A stretch of DNA of 64,000 nt from a plasmid, in sequence record NZ_CP049261.1, one strand, 5' to 3'. How positions within the stretch are numbered: position 1 is the stretch's first letter; every line of letters begins with the position of its first letter. This document shows, in pieces, positions 43,622 to 54,367 of the stretch. A program made the translations under genes and the position numbers. The notes under the pieces are model-generated. The model searched no databases. It saw only the letters and a program-made list of their open reading frames with translations, and had not been told where the DNA came from.

Positions 43622-44820
43622 TCAGCTCATACGAATAAATTCAATGCGATCAAAAACCGCTTTGGCGAAATCTTCAGCCGCGGCACGCGCATTTTTCAGC
43701 GCCTCGCTGCTGCCGATGTAAGTGGCGGGGTTTGCGGAAATCACCGTATCAAATGACTCTCCGCAGCGCTCAAAGCCGTCCAGGCGGGGCAGGGCGACAT
43801 CCAGCATATCGCCGCCGAAAATCTCCTTGGCGAGGCTGTGGCAGAGCTTGTGGTCGGCCTTGTTGAGCAGCTTCGACATAAAGCCGATGTTTTTCTGCAG
43901 TCTCACCCGACAGCCGGACTCTTCGATCAGCGCGATGAGCTCCGGCAGACGCGTCAGGTATTTGAGCGTCGAGTGGAAATCTACCTGCGCAGGTGGCACC
44001 GGTGTAAACAGAACGTCCGAGGCGGCAATCGCGTTCATCAGGAACGCGTCCAGATGCGGGCCGCTGTCGACAAAGATAAAGTCGTAGTCTCTGGCAATCT
44101 TATCGATGATGTTCTGGCGCAGGACACCATAAATACTGGTGCCCGGCAGATGCTCCGCACAGAGCTCTTCCCAGCGAGAGGCGATAAAGGCGTCTTCAAT
44201 AGAAGCTGGCATCACATCCACGCCCGGCACAATCGACGGCACAATAAATTCTTCCAGCAGTTCTTCACGCGACACATTCTGCAGCATGGCCTGCGCGCTG
44301 GTGGTATCGACAGTGCCGACCGCGCGGGTGTGATTAAGGAACATGGTTGCGGAAGACTGCGGATCGAGATCGACCACCAGAATGCGCAGATCTTCAAACA
44401 GCAGGTGAGGATGCACACGGAGCGCATGGGCAAGGGAAACCGTGGAAACCGTTTTGGAGACGCCGCCTTTCAGATTACCAACAAAAATGGTGAACGCTTC
44501 ATCATGACGGTCGCGGTATTTAGGCACGCCACGGTGATGGTAGAGATCGATAATATTCTGAACGGACATCGCATACTTGGTGGAAGAGCCCGCCGCGCGT
44601 TTATCAAAGACGTATCCGTTTGCTTCCATCTCACTGACGGCGTAATCAACGCTGGCGCGGGTCAGTCGCGGAAGTTTGGCCAGTGCCGCTTTGGCGTAGA
44701 CCTGATAGAAGGTGTTTTCCTGAAGCTCATCTTTCTGATGCTGGATCTGCTCGGTCAGCCGAGAAGCATTCTTTCTGAACGTTCGGCAACTTTCGTTAAC
44801 TGCTGCTCATTATCCATCAT
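43622..44820 (-). pseudogene. sopA: plasmid partition ATPase SopA (ParA family). One frameshift in the N-terminal HTH region
   Basis: Deviant Walker A IFVGNLKGGVSKT. The 335 aa ORF is the ATPase core. Upstream, in a +1 frame, MMDNEQQLTKVAERSERMLL then continues as SRLTEQIQHQ...EMEANG, which merges with the main ORF. Confidence 0.8.
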
Positions 44821-45051
44821 AACACTCACTGTATGCAGGATTTATTAATTTAAACGAAAATACAGCATAAAAGTCAGGTAGTAAACATAAATGTTGTACT
44901 TGTGTGCGCGTGTTCAAATCGCTGACGTCATAAGAGGTTAGTGCCAGAATCAGCAGCGCTCACCGCAAAAACGAACGTGCGTCAGCCGTTCGTTTGAGGA
45001 AGCGCAAAAGAGCGGAGGTTAAATGGGGCGTGGGATGCATATGACATGATT

Positions 45052-45125
45052 TTATCCACAGGCCAGATCTAAGTTTTCGATCCAGATAAGATCCCTTATA
45101 TGATCCTTAAAGATCCCTTTTCTGA
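45052..45125. promoter_or_regulatory. origin-like region: consensus DnaA box TTATCCACA (45052-45060) followed by five GATC (Dam) sites within 65 bp
   Basis: Direct sequence inspection. The AT-rich stretch at 45300-45420 follows. Confidence 0.55.
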
Positions 45126-45162
45126 ATTTCTTAATACGATCAGAAGGTTGCGGCAGTTTCTA

Positions 45163-45634
45163 ACCACTATAGCGAGCAGAACATCCACTGAAGCGAGCCG
45201 GATAACCACTGTAGCGAGGAGAGTAACGGCTGAAGAGAGTGCCTGGCATCCACTGTAGCGAGTAAAACGCAGGACTTTTCCATGACGGCCCTCTCTTTAT
45301 AACTGACTGTATTAAAAAGGGTTTCACCTTCTTCTTGTCAAGTTACTCCTGCGCATCAACATGTTTATTCACAGAGTCAGTACGTCTTTTATGTCTGGCT
45401 GCGGGTGACTGTAACAGACTGACATGCTCCTGTATGCGTTCGGGCTATCCACTATAGCGAGTAAATGACTGGATCCTGTCACGCTATCAACTAAAACAAC
45501 CACTACGGAGAGTAAATAACCACTGTAGTGAGCAAACATCCACTGTGGAGAGTAAACAGCGCGGATAAGCATGTGACATATCCACTATGGTGAGTGATAC
45601 TCTCACTGGCGAAGATAATAACCACTATGGTGAG
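45163..45634 (+). repeat. iteron array upstream of repA (at least 10 direct copies of about CCACTRTAGYGAG spaced 21-22 bp, in two blocks)
   Basis: Units at about 45163, 45182, 45203, 45224, 45247, then 45446, 45498, 45516, 45537, 45579, 45619. The last units overlap the repA start region. Confidence 0.8.
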
Positions 45635-45668
45635 TAAGCACCGGTATTCAGGACAGGAGACCCCGCAC

Positions 45669-46682
45669 GTGGCTGATGAAGAGAACATCAATATCAACGA
45701 TGCCTTCAGTGAACTGGATCGTAAAACCGGCGAAGTGGTCACGCTGATGCCGAACCGTAACAACACGGTACAGCCGGTCGCGCTGATGCGCCTTGGCCTG
45801 TTTGTCCCGACGCTGAAATCCACCGCCCGTGGCCGTAAAGGGCAGATGTCCTCGATGGATGTGACAGAAGAGCTGAAACAGCTCTCGCTCGTTAAATCTG
45901 AAGGCTACGAGAATATCAAAATCACCGGTGCCCGCCTGGACATGGATAACGACTTCAAAACCTGGGTCGGGATCATCCATGCTTTCGCCAAATACAACGT
46001 GCTTGGCGACAGCGTGACGCTGCCGTTTGTGGAGTTCGTGAAGCTGTGCGGTATTCCTTCGGCGCGTTCGTCGGCAAAGCTGCGTAAACGTCTTGATGCC
46101 TCGCTGACCCGTATCGCCACTAATACCATCTCCTTCAGCAATAAAGAAGGGGAGTATTACGTCACGCACCTGGTGCAGTCCGCCAAGTACAGTGCCAAAA
46201 AGGATGAAGTGACGCTGCAGGCCGATCCGAAAATCTTTGAGCTATACCAGTTCGATAAAAAAGTTCTGCTGCAGCTGCGGGCCATTAATGAGCTGTCGCG
46301 TAAGGAATCGGCTCAGGCGCTGTATACGTTTATTGAGAGCTTGCCGCCTAACCCTGCGCCTGTCTCCCTTGCACGCCTGCGCGCGCGCCTGAATCTCACC
46401 TCCCGCACCATCACGCAGAACTCCACCGTGCGTAAGGCGATGGAGCAGCTCAAGGAGATTGGCTATCTCGATTACACCGAGATCAAGCGCGGGCGGGTAG
46501 TCTACTTTCATATCCACTACAGAAGGCCAAAACTTCGCCCACAAAGCCTGCCAGGCGCGCTGCCTGCCGGTGACGAGTTGCCGGTAGAAAACAGCGCTGT
46601 ACCGGAAGAGCAGGGCGAAATGGTGATGCTGACCAAAGAAGAGCTGGCGCTGCTGGAAAAAATCCGTAAAGGCCAGATCTGA
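45669..46682 (+). CDS. repA: RepFIB-type replication initiator RepA (Rep_3 family)
   Basis: Collinear with RepFIB RepA of IncF plasmids ([82 protein letters not shown]). A GTG start with GGAGA at -9 fits best. The ORF is open from the ATG at 45594. Confidence 0.85.
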   Translation: MADEENININDAFSELDRKTGEVVTLMPNRNNTVQPVALMRLGLFVPTLKSTARGRKGQMSSMDVTEELKQLSLVKSEGYENIKITGARLDMDNDFKTWVGIIHAFAKYNVLGDSVTLPFVEFVKLCGIPSARSSAKLRKRLDASLTRIATNTISFSNKEGEYYVTHLVQSAKYSAKKDEVTLQADPKIFELYQFDKKVLLQLRAINELSRKESAQALYTFIESLPPNPAPVSLARLRARLNLTSRTITQNSTVRKAMEQLKEIGYLDYTEIKRGRVVYFHIHYRRPKLRPQSLPGALPAGDELPVENSAVPEEQGEMVMLTKEELALLEKIRKGQI

Positions 46683-46830
46683 ATATCCACTGTAGTGAGT
46701 ACGGCATGTGGAGATTTTACTCTTATGCTCGCTACAGTGGATTTTGCTATCTATAGTGGATGTTACTCTCCTTAGTGGATGTTTCACGCCTGTATACTCT
46801 CTACAGTGGATACAAAGCTCATGTGCCACA
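46683..46830 (-). repeat. second iteron block downstream of repA, mostly in inverted orientation
   Basis: ATATCCACTGTAGTGAG (direct), then GCTCGCTACAGTGGAT, CTATAGTGGATG, CTTAGTGGATG and CTACAGTGGATA (inverted copies). Confidence 0.75.
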
Positions 46831-47050
46831 TTGGATCCTGAAACACCGTGAATAATCTGGCGATTTCAGCGTGAAACTCTGATTCTTAATTCTGTAAAAA
46901 CAGCGAGTTAGAGGTAAAAGAGCGTGGCGAGTGATTACCTTCATAATTTTCCGCGAGTCTTCTGTCTTTTCCATAACGGAAACAGGGGGCCTTTACCGTT
47001 TTAGCATGGCGGTCTGTGACCGGAACCGCTTTTTTGCAGGGAATGACGTT

Positions 47051-47667
47051 ATGAATCTTCTCCTTATCCGTCATGCCGAAACAGAATGGAACCGTGGCGG
47101 GCTCATTCAGGGCATCATGACAGCGCGCTGACGGCGCGTGGCTTGCAGGAAACCACAGCGCTCCTGACTGCTCTGGCGCACGAATTCCCCTCTGTTGACG
47201 CGGTGTACACATCTCCCGCGGGCCGCGCGCGCCATATGGGTGACGCCATCGCGAGCCATTTTCGCTGCCCACTCTCTGTTGAGCCTCTATTACGTGAGCA
47301 GGCGTTTGGTGATTACGAAGGCCTGTCGCGGGTGCAGTTGCAGCGAGATGAGCCTCTCAGCGCAGAAGCGCTGTTTTCAACTGATGCGTTATTTACGCCG
47401 CCCGGCGGTGAATCGCTCGCGTATGCCGCGCAGCGTCTTCTGTCTTTCATCCAGAATGATCTCGCCGCAACCTCACACGCAACCTGCTGCGTCGTGACGC
47501 ACGGGCATATCCTTCAGGGCGCGCTGGCGCTCCTCAAAGACGGCAATATCGATAACTTCCCGCGCTATGCGCAGCCTAACGCCAGCTATGCGCGGTTAAC
47601 GTTTACGGCGGACCGCTGCGACGTCATTCAGTGGGGCATCGCGACCCATTTGCGACACCTGTCATAA
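47051..47667 (+). pseudogene. histidine phosphatase family protein (PGAM-like). One frameshift at codon 26
   Basis: MNLLLIRHAETEWNRGGLIQG then a stop. Adding one C (GGC-CAT) continues as ...HHDSALTARGLQET in ORF 47086-47667, which carries the second catalytic motif VVTHGH. Confidence 0.75.
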
Positions 47668-47765
47668 ACGCCGAAAACTTTCGCCGCTCTTAAGTCTTCC
47701 TTAAGATTAATCCTATAACTTCACTCTGGATCCTGCCCCTGTCGGGCCGTACCGGAGCACACTCT

Positions 47766-48533
47766 ATGCAAAACACTACCTCTGCGCTCAGCAAAGTTCC
47801 TGCCGTCACCGCCGCGTTCTGGCTGACGAAAATCGCCGCGACCACGCTGGGTGAAACCGGCGGCGATGCGGTCACGATGTCCATGGATCTCGGTTATCTC
47901 ACCGGCACGCTCATCTTCGCGGCGATCTTCCTCGCAGCGGTGGTCGTGCAGATCCGCCATCACAGCTTTAATAAGTGGATCTACTGGTTCACGGTGGTCG
48001 CCACCACGACGGTCGGCACCACGCTTGCAGATTTCGCCGACCGCTCATTAGGTATCGGTTATCTCGGCGGTACGGTGTTGTTGAGTAGTCTGCTGGTGCT
48101 TTCGCTGCTGGTCTGGCGCGTGACATGCGGCACTATTGCCGTGGATTCGGTTAACAGCGTGCGTACCGAAAGCTTCTACTGGGTGACGATTATGTTCTCC
48201 CAGACGCTTGGCACGGCGCTCGGCGACTGGACAGCAGACAGTGAAGGCTTCGGTTATGACGGCGGCATCCTGCTGTTCGTGGGCGCACTGGCGGTTATCT
48301 GGCTCGCGAGCCGCTTTACCTCGATTTCGCGCACCGTGCTGTTCTGGGCTGCATTTATCCTCACCCGTCCACTCGGCGCGGTGGTGGGCGATTTCCTCGA
48401 TAAACCCATCGCCAAAGGCGGTCTTGAGCTCAGCCGTTACGGCGCATCTGCCACACTGGTAGGAATGATTCTGGTCTGCCTGTGGGTCTTCCCGCATCGC
48501 GCAGCGCTGAAAAAACGCGCACCGGTATTCTGA
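47766..48533 (+). CDS. membrane protein, COG4705-like internally duplicated 6-TM protein
   Basis: 255 aa. Two homologous halves each carry xTxLG(T/A)xLGDxxxD (TTVGTTLADFADR / SQTLGTALGDWTAD / TRPLGAVVGDFLDK). Confidence 0.65.
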   Translation: MQNTTSALSKVPAVTAAFWLTKIAATTLGETGGDAVTMSMDLGYLTGTLIFAAIFLAAVVVQIRHHSFNKWIYWFTVVATTTVGTTLADFADRSLGIGYLGGTVLLSSLLVLSLLVWRVTCGTIAVDSVNSVRTESFYWVTIMFSQTLGTALGDWTADSEGFGYDGGILLFVGALAVIWLASRFTSISRTVLFWAAFILTRPLGAVVGDFLDKPIAKGGLELSRYGASATLVGMILVCLWVFPHRAALKKRAPVF

Positions 48534-48656
48534 GTTCTTCCTTCTTACCCGCGGCACGCGCCGCGGGTTCTCCTCTCTGTTTTTCCTTTCACAACGGTTT
48601 TGCCCTCGCTGCCCTGTGCCGTACACTGTCTCTTAGTACACATGCAGGAAGCTCAA

Positions 48657-49715
48657 ATGACACATTACTGGTGGAAAGATTTACACGATCGTAATGACGC
48701 CTGGCTGGGGCTTGCGCTGACGGTAAAGGGCGAAACGCCCCCAGGCCTGGCGCTGGAGATGCTGAGCGGACATCACGGACGCATGGCGTTGCAGCTGCGC
48801 GGCGAAACGCTTTTCTGGGCTTCGATGCTGAAAGATTATTCCGGCGTCTGGCTCGTCACCAACCGTGAGCATCCCGATCAGCAAAATTTGCTGCCGCCGG
48901 TGCGCTCTGAGGACATTGAAGCCATCAAACGCAAGGGTGACGGCGCGTGGACGGGCGAGTGGTGCCGCTATTTCGCGCGTCAGCTGATGGATTCTCCCGC
49001 GCCGCTGCTGGCGCCGCGCGACTGGCTGTTGCGCCCGATGCTGCCCGCGAAACGCCAGTCGTCATACCTGCGCAACACCACGCCCGACATCGACCAGTGG
49101 TATTTCAAAACGCCCCCCAGCGCAGGCGACTGGAGTGTGGACTGGGCGCTTTATGGCGAAGATTTTCGCTCGCTCACTGACCCGGAGCACGTCCGGCTGG
49201 TGGACTGGTGGTGGGGCGGCCATCTGCTGATGGGCCGTTATCCGGTTGATCCGCACGCCGGGCGTCTTAAGTGGTGGCGTAAAAAATGCCGCGAGGGCGC
49301 GCTGCCGCCGGTGCTGGTCTGGTATGTCGCCGGGCTGGCGTCTTATATCGTGCTGGACGGCCATTATCGCCTGCACGCCGCGATGGAAGAGGGCATCCCG
49401 CCGTCATTCCTGGTGCTGAGCGAATACGCCGAGCGGGAGTTCCCGGCGGACGAGGCGCAGCGCGAGCGGGTGCAGCGGGCGCTGGCGTTACAGCAGGCGA
49501 ACAATCCGGGCTGCAATATTGATGGCATTAATCAGACGTTAATTAATCTGTGGGACCGGCGTTATCTTTACGCCGAAACGCACAGCCGCGCCACGCTCGG
49601 CAACGGCGAAGGCTGGGCGCGTGAGGTTACGGCTTATCTGCGTCGCCACGGGCAGACGACGTATCTGGAGAATGTCCTTAACGGCACGGAAAACCCGGTC
49701 GACGACGCCGGGTGA
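48657..49715 (+). CDS. uncharacterised protein with C-terminal ParB/Sulfiredoxin-like motif (VLDGHYRLHAA)
   Basis: 352 aa from ATG 48657; the ORF is open from 48600. No signal peptide. Trp-rich middle. PPVLVWYVAGLASYIVLDGHYRLHAAMEEG resembles the ParB/Srx-fold GxxRxxA core. Confidence 0.5.
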   Translation: MTHYWWKDLHDRNDAWLGLALTVKGETPPGLALEMLSGHHGRMALQLRGETLFWASMLKDYSGVWLVTNREHPDQQNLLPPVRSEDIEAIKRKGDGAWTGEWCRYFARQLMDSPAPLLAPRDWLLRPMLPAKRQSSYLRNTTPDIDQWYFKTPPSAGDWSVDWALYGEDFRSLTDPEHVRLVDWWWGGHLLMGRYPVDPHAGRLKWWRKKCREGALPPVLVWYVAGLASYIVLDGHYRLHAAMEEGIPPSFLVLSEYAEREFPADEAQRERVQRALALQQANNPGCNIDGINQTLINLWDRRYLYAETHSRATLGNGEGWAREVTAYLRRHGQTTYLENVLNGTENPVDDAG

Positions 49716-49719
49716 AGGC

Positions 49720-50249
49720 TTACAACGCGCGCCACTCGTCGTGAGCCAGAGTGTACAGCAGGCTCGGCGGCACGTTATCAACATCATGGATCTCACGCAC
49801 GTAGCGCAATCCTGCGTGCGTCAGCACTTTGCGAGACGCCAGATGATTGCTGCGCACTACCGCAGAGACTGCCTCAAGCGCCCGATCTTCAAACCCATAG
49901 CGAACGGCGAAGCGGGCGAACTCTGTCGCCAGCCCCTGTCCCACGCCTGCGTCGCAAAACGGTAGCCGAGATTATTAATCTCCGTGTCCGCATAGCGGCG
50001 GATGCTCAGCCCGCCAAAACCGATAGTCTCATCGGGTGCGGTGGTTAACGCGATGCGCCAGTTCCCAAAACCATAAGCCTGCCAGTGCGTCAGCCAGCGA
50101 TCCATCACACCTTCCGCGTGCGCGCGGTTGGGGTACGGCCCCGCCGGGTTAAATGTATTGGTCGCCGGATCGCCGTAAATCCGGAATAAATCGTCCACAT
50201 CTCTCTCTGTGACCGGCCGCAGCCGCAGACGCGCCGTCTCTGCAAACAT
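49720..50249 (-). pseudogene. GNAT family N-acetyltransferase (RimJ/RimL-like). One frameshift
   Basis: N-terminal RLRLRPVTERDVDDLFRIYGDP and C-terminal ...GQGLATEFARFAVRYGFEDRALEAVSAVVRSNHLASRKVLTHAGLRYVRE (acetyl-CoA binding Q/RxxGxG/A) fall in two frames. Confidence 0.7.
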
Positions 50250-50545
50250 AAGTATTTCCTCATAATTGCGTTGCCTCTGTTATAGCGCAGATGCGGGTAC
50301 AGAACGACTTCCCCTCCGCCAGGAGCACAAAGCATGACGCCGGAAGGCGATTTGACAGCTGAATAATCCGCGAGTTTGGTTTTACGCAGACGAATTGGCG
50401 ACGAGGATTAAGTCTCTGAACGTTCGTTAAAAAATGGTTTATGGTTAAAGCGTTAAGAGAATATATCGGGCTTACACAGTGACGCGCCGCCACCGGCCTC
50501 CTGTATTTACGCGTGTCGCAGGGCGATCACGAAAAAGGAAGAGTA

Positions 50546-51754
50546 ATGAGTGCGGAAGTCACCCTGCCCGTCGGGCAGCAGAACAGGAATATTTTTCGGC
50601 TGGCGACGGCCCAGGCGCTCGCGGGCGCGAACTCGGTGGTGTTTTACGCGACCGGCGCGATTGTCGGCGACGCGATGGCGCCGGATCAGGCGCTGGCGAC
50701 GCTGCCGCTGACGATTTTCGTTGTCGGGATGGCCGCGCTGATCCTGCCTTTTGGCGTGCTTGCCCGCCGTTATGGCCGCCGCGCGGCGTTTATGGCGGGC
50801 ACCAGTACGGGCGTGCTGACCGGACTGACGGCGGCTCTGGCCGTGGTGCTCGGCTCCTTCTGGCTCTTTTGCATCGCCGGGTTTATGAGCGGCGCGTATG
50901 CCGCCGTCGCGGTTTCATTTCGCTTTGCGGCCACCGATGGCGTGGCGCGCGAACGGCGAGCAAGGGCGCTGTCGCTGGTGATGGGCGGCGGCGTGGCGGC
51001 AGGCATTGTCGGGCCGATGCTGGTCAACGGCACGATGGATCTCTGGCCGCCCTATACCTTTGCCGCCACATACCTTGCCCAGGCGCTGGTGGCGGCGGTG
51101 TCCGCGGTGGTGCTCTGGGGCGTAAAAGCGCCCGATCCGGTCGCGCCTGAACATCAGGTACGCGGACGACCGCTTCGTGACATCGTGCGCCAGCCGGGCT
51201 TCAGCCGCACCGTATTCAGCGGCGCGGTGGCGTATATGGTGATGAATTTTCTGATGACCGCCACGCCGCTGTCGATGCATATGCATGGCCTTTCACTCCA
51301 GGATGCGAACCTGGGCATTCAGTGGCATGTCATTGCCATGTACGCGCCGGGTTTCTTTACCGGCAAGCTGATTACCCGTTTTGGTGCCACGCGCATCGCC
51401 GCACTGGGGCTTGCGATCTCGGCGCTTTCTGTCGCGGCGGGCCTTGCCGGAACGGCGGTCGGGCACTACTGGCTGTTGCTCATTTTGCTCGGTGTTGGCT
51501 GGAATTTCGGTTTTACCGGCGCGTCGGCGCAAATCCTCGACTATCACCGCCCGGAGGAGAAAACCCGTGTGCAATCGCTGAATGATTTTGTGGTATTTGG
51601 CGTGATGATCGTGGGCTCGTTTTCTTCTGGTGCCCTGCTGACGCTGGTTGGCTGGAACGCCGTGCTGTGGTGCTCGCTGGTGCCGCTGGTCGTCGCCATG
51701 ATAGCGCTGCTGGCTGAAAAGCGGCGAGCGGCGGCGTCATTAAACCGTTATTAG
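50546..51754 (+). CDS. MFS transporter
   Basis: 12 TM. AAGGAAG SD before ATG 50546; the ORF is open from 50513. A terminator-like hairpin lies at 51762-51797. Confidence 0.8.
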   Translation: MSAEVTLPVGQQNRNIFRLATAQALAGANSVVFYATGAIVGDAMAPDQALATLPLTIFVVGMAALILPFGVLARRYGRRAAFMAGTSTGVLTGLTAALAVVLGSFWLFCIAGFMSGAYAAVAVSFRFAATDGVARERRARALSLVMGGGVAAGIVGPMLVNGTMDLWPPYTFAATYLAQALVAAVSAVVLWGVKAPDPVAPEHQVRGRPLRDIVRQPGFSRTVFSGAVAYMVMNFLMTATPLSMHMHGLSLQDANLGIQWHVIAMYAPGFFTGKLITRFGATRIAALGLAISALSVAAGLAGTAVGHYWLLLILLGVGWNFGFTGASAQILDYHRPEEKTRVQSLNDFVVFGVMIVGSFSSGALLTLVGWNAVLWCSLVPLVVAMIALLAEKRRAAASLNRY

Positions 51755-52069
51755 CCTATATTGCGCCAGGCGATCGGCGCTGGCGCAATATAACATCACG
51801 CGATTTTATTAGCCCGCGAATAATAAAGCCACAAAATAAAGTGAAACGCCCGAAGCGTAGCGGTAGCGGGTAAGTGCCATAAGCAAATTCTTTACGGGCA
51901 GAAATATTGCAAACTTACTACTATCGTCAGCTATTTTAAAAGCTTGAGAGATTTTTTGCTGAACCTGCCATATTTCAGAGTCATCTGCAGCGTCGGTTGA
52001 ATACCTATATCTACAGGGATATTCTTTACGCGCATTTTTAATGTGCGTAAAAATTTAATGGAATAATAT

Positions 52070-53008
52070 ATGAATAAGAAACTTATTGTCGTGGCGATGA
52101 TAGCTGCCTCCGGCTCGGCGAATGCCGCTTCTTCTGTAACACTGATGCCGGATTTTTCTGCGCAAAGCGTGGCTGTCTCCACATCACTGGGGATGCTGGC
52201 AGGGGAGTCGAAAGAATTTGTATATGACTCCAGTACAGGTCGTAAAATCAGTCAGCTGAACTGGAAAATTAAAAATAATCTCATCCTTAAAGGCGATGTT
52301 TCCTGGGATGCATGGCCTTTCCTGACCCTGAATGCGCGCGGCTGGACAACCCTGAGTTCTGGTAACGGGCATATGGAAGATTATGACTGGCAAAAAGAAG
52401 ATCAGTCTCACTGGACCGACCGTTCGCGCCATCCTGATACCGATCTGAATTATGCCAATGAATATGATTTAAACCTGAAAGGCTGGGTACTGAAAGGGGA
52501 TGATTATAAAGTCGGCGTTATGGCCGGTTATCAACAAACCCGTTTCAGCTGGACCGCCTATGGCGGCTCCTTTAACTATGCGAATGGCAATGATGTTGGC
52601 AGCTTCCCGAACGGTGCCCGCGGTATCGGTTACCAGCAGAAATACAGCATGCCGTATATTGGCCTGACCGGTCAGTATCGTTATCAGGACTTTGAAGTGA
52701 ACGCGCAGTTTAAATTCAGCGACTGGGTGACCGCGAAGGATAACGACGAGCATTATATGCGCGATCTGACGTTCCGTGAAAAAGCTAACGACTCCCGTTA
52801 CTATGGCCTCGCCGTTGATGCCGGTTATTATGTGCTCCCGAATACGAAACTTTTCGCTGAGTTCAGCTATAACCGCTATGAGGAAGGGAAAAGCGGTACG
52901 CAGATGATTAATAACGCGACCGGAACGTCTTTTTCGGATAATGGCGATGCCGCCGGCCTGCAAAACAAAAACTATACAATTACCGCAGGTCTTCAGTACC
53001 GTTTCTGA
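52070..53008 (+). CDS. omptin family outer-membrane aspartyl protease (OmpT/Pla/Cpa-like)
   Basis: 312 aa. Collinear with OmpT ([89 protein letters not shown]-terminus). Confidence 0.9.
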   Translation: MNKKLIVVAMIAASGSANAASSVTLMPDFSAQSVAVSTSLGMLAGESKEFVYDSSTGRKISQLNWKIKNNLILKGDVSWDAWPFLTLNARGWTTLSSGNGHMEDYDWQKEDQSHWTDRSRHPDTDLNYANEYDLNLKGWVLKGDDYKVGVMAGYQQTRFSWTAYGGSFNYANGNDVGSFPNGARGIGYQQKYSMPYIGLTGQYRYQDFEVNAQFKFSDWVTAKDNDEHYMRDLTFREKANDSRYYGLAVDAGYYVLPNTKLFAEFSYNRYEEGKSGTQMINNATGTSFSDNGDAAGLQNKNYTITAGLQYRF

Positions 53009-53014
53009 TGCCGT

Positions 53015-53043
53015 TAAAAAACCCGCTGCCGGCGGGTTTTTTT
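53015..53043 (+). terminator. rho-independent terminator after omptin gene
   Basis: ACCCGC-TGCCG-GCGGGT followed by TTTTTTT. Confidence 0.7.
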
Positions 53044-53256
53044 CACACATAACCTGTACCGATAACCTCGTCAACATTTCTTAATCCCTTTCCTCGTGGC
53101 TGTTCCCCGCTAAAACTGCACGCTTCTGAAGAATATCCTCAATCGATATGTGGATCAGAAAGCGAACTTCCATCATGCTATATTTCGTCAGGCGACTGGC
53201 GCTGGCGAAAGGCGATTTTTCTGCCGACAATACTTATTTCAAAAGGATCCATTGAG

Positions 53257-53799
53257 ATGAAACTGAGCGCGCTGTTTATCGCCTCTCTGCTCATGGCGGG
53301 CTATGTCTGTGCCGGCCAGGCTGTTCCCGTAGCGCTGAAAGATGGCCCGAACACGCTGGATATCAATCAGGATGGCGCGAACGATCTGATTTTCAGCGCC
53401 ACCTATGACAATAATACCTCCCACCCCAGCAGCACGCTGACGGTTTATATTCAGAAAGACCACGCCTGGCTGATTGTTCCGGTGCCGGATGACGATGGCT
53501 TTACGTGGAGCGATTTTCGGCTGTCCGCCTCAACCACGAAAATCAGCGGCTATGAACCGTATCAGGTTAATCATATTTTTTATCTGGTCCGGGCGGTGAA
53601 AATGGCAGAGTCTTCAGAAAGTACTGATTTAACCGATGCCACGAAAGTGAAGTTCACGCGCTACCGGATAGCCAGTAATACCGCCGATCCGGGCGTCGCG
53701 GCCTTTTTCTGGCAGCCGTCCGGCAGTTACGTGACGGACGCCGCTTACAGCGATGTGGACGAGGCTTTTCGCACACTGAATATGGATAAATTTCTTTGA
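53257..53799 (+). CDS. secreted protein of unknown function (signal peptide, 180 aa)
   Basis: Signal peptide MKLSALFIASLLMAGYVCAG. Its stop overlaps the next gene's start (ATGA). Confidence 0.55.
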   Translation: MKLSALFIASLLMAGYVCAGQAVPVALKDGPNTLDINQDGANDLIFSATYDNNTSHPSSTLTVYIQKDHAWLIVPVPDDDGFTWSDFRLSASTTKISGYEPYQVNHIFYLVRAVKMAESSESTDLTDATKVKFTRYRIASNTADPGVAAFFWQPSGSYVTDAAYSDVDEAFRTLNMDKFL

Positions 53800-54335
53800 A
53801 GCGGCGGGCGGCGCTGGCCATGCTCCTCATCAGTACGAACAGTATGGCGCAGCAGGCCGCGCCTTATCGTGCGCTGCTACAGCAGGCGCTCAACGCCCGG
53901 TCGCTGTGTCTTGGCGAAACGGCCTGGCCGGTAACAAGCCGCGCGGGCGCTGATGCCTGGCTGCACGCCCGGATGGCAGCGCTGGTGGATGCCGGGCTTG
54001 TCTTGAGCAGGCGCGAAGGCTCTCAAAAAACCTGGGCGCTGACGCCCAAAGGGCGCGCGGAATTTCACCGGCATCACGATTTCTGCTACGGAAAAATGCG
54101 CGTCAAAACGCTGGAGGTTAAGCCGCAGCGCGATGGCATCCATGCGACCTTCACGTATGATATTCCAGCGCTGCCGCAATGGGCTAAGACGCCCGCTCTG
54201 CGTATGGCGGATTCAGAGCTGGATAATCTCATCAGCGGTATCGATAAGGTGCATTATCAGGCCATTTTTATTCGCGGGGATAATGGCAAACTCCGGCTCG
54301 TCCGCGGGCCAGAACCGCTGGATTTACTTTACTGA
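53796..54335 (+). CDS. secreted protein of unknown function (signal peptide, 179 aa), translationally coupled to the preceding gene
   Basis: Signal peptide MKRRAALAMLLISTNSMAQQ. The ATG overlaps the upstream stop. Confidence 0.55.
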   Translation: MKRRAALAMLLISTNSMAQQAAPYRALLQQALNARSLCLGETAWPVTSRAGADAWLHARMAALVDAGLVLSRREGSQKTWALTPKGRAEFHRHHDFCYGKMRVKTLEVKPQRDGIHATFTYDIPALPQWAKTPALRMADSELDNLISGIDKVHYQAIFIRGDNGKLRLVRGPEPLDLLY

Positions 54336-54367
54336 TCGCATAACACGTACTGCACCCGAGACCCGAC

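Noticed and set aside
45163-46830. Repeat arrays that could be mistaken for a CRISPR array.
   Set aside because: The units are 15-17 bp with 21-22 bp periodicity and no unique spacers. They occur in both orientations flanking a Rep_3 initiator gene, next to a DnaA box. These are iterons, not CRISPR repeats. No cas genes are present.
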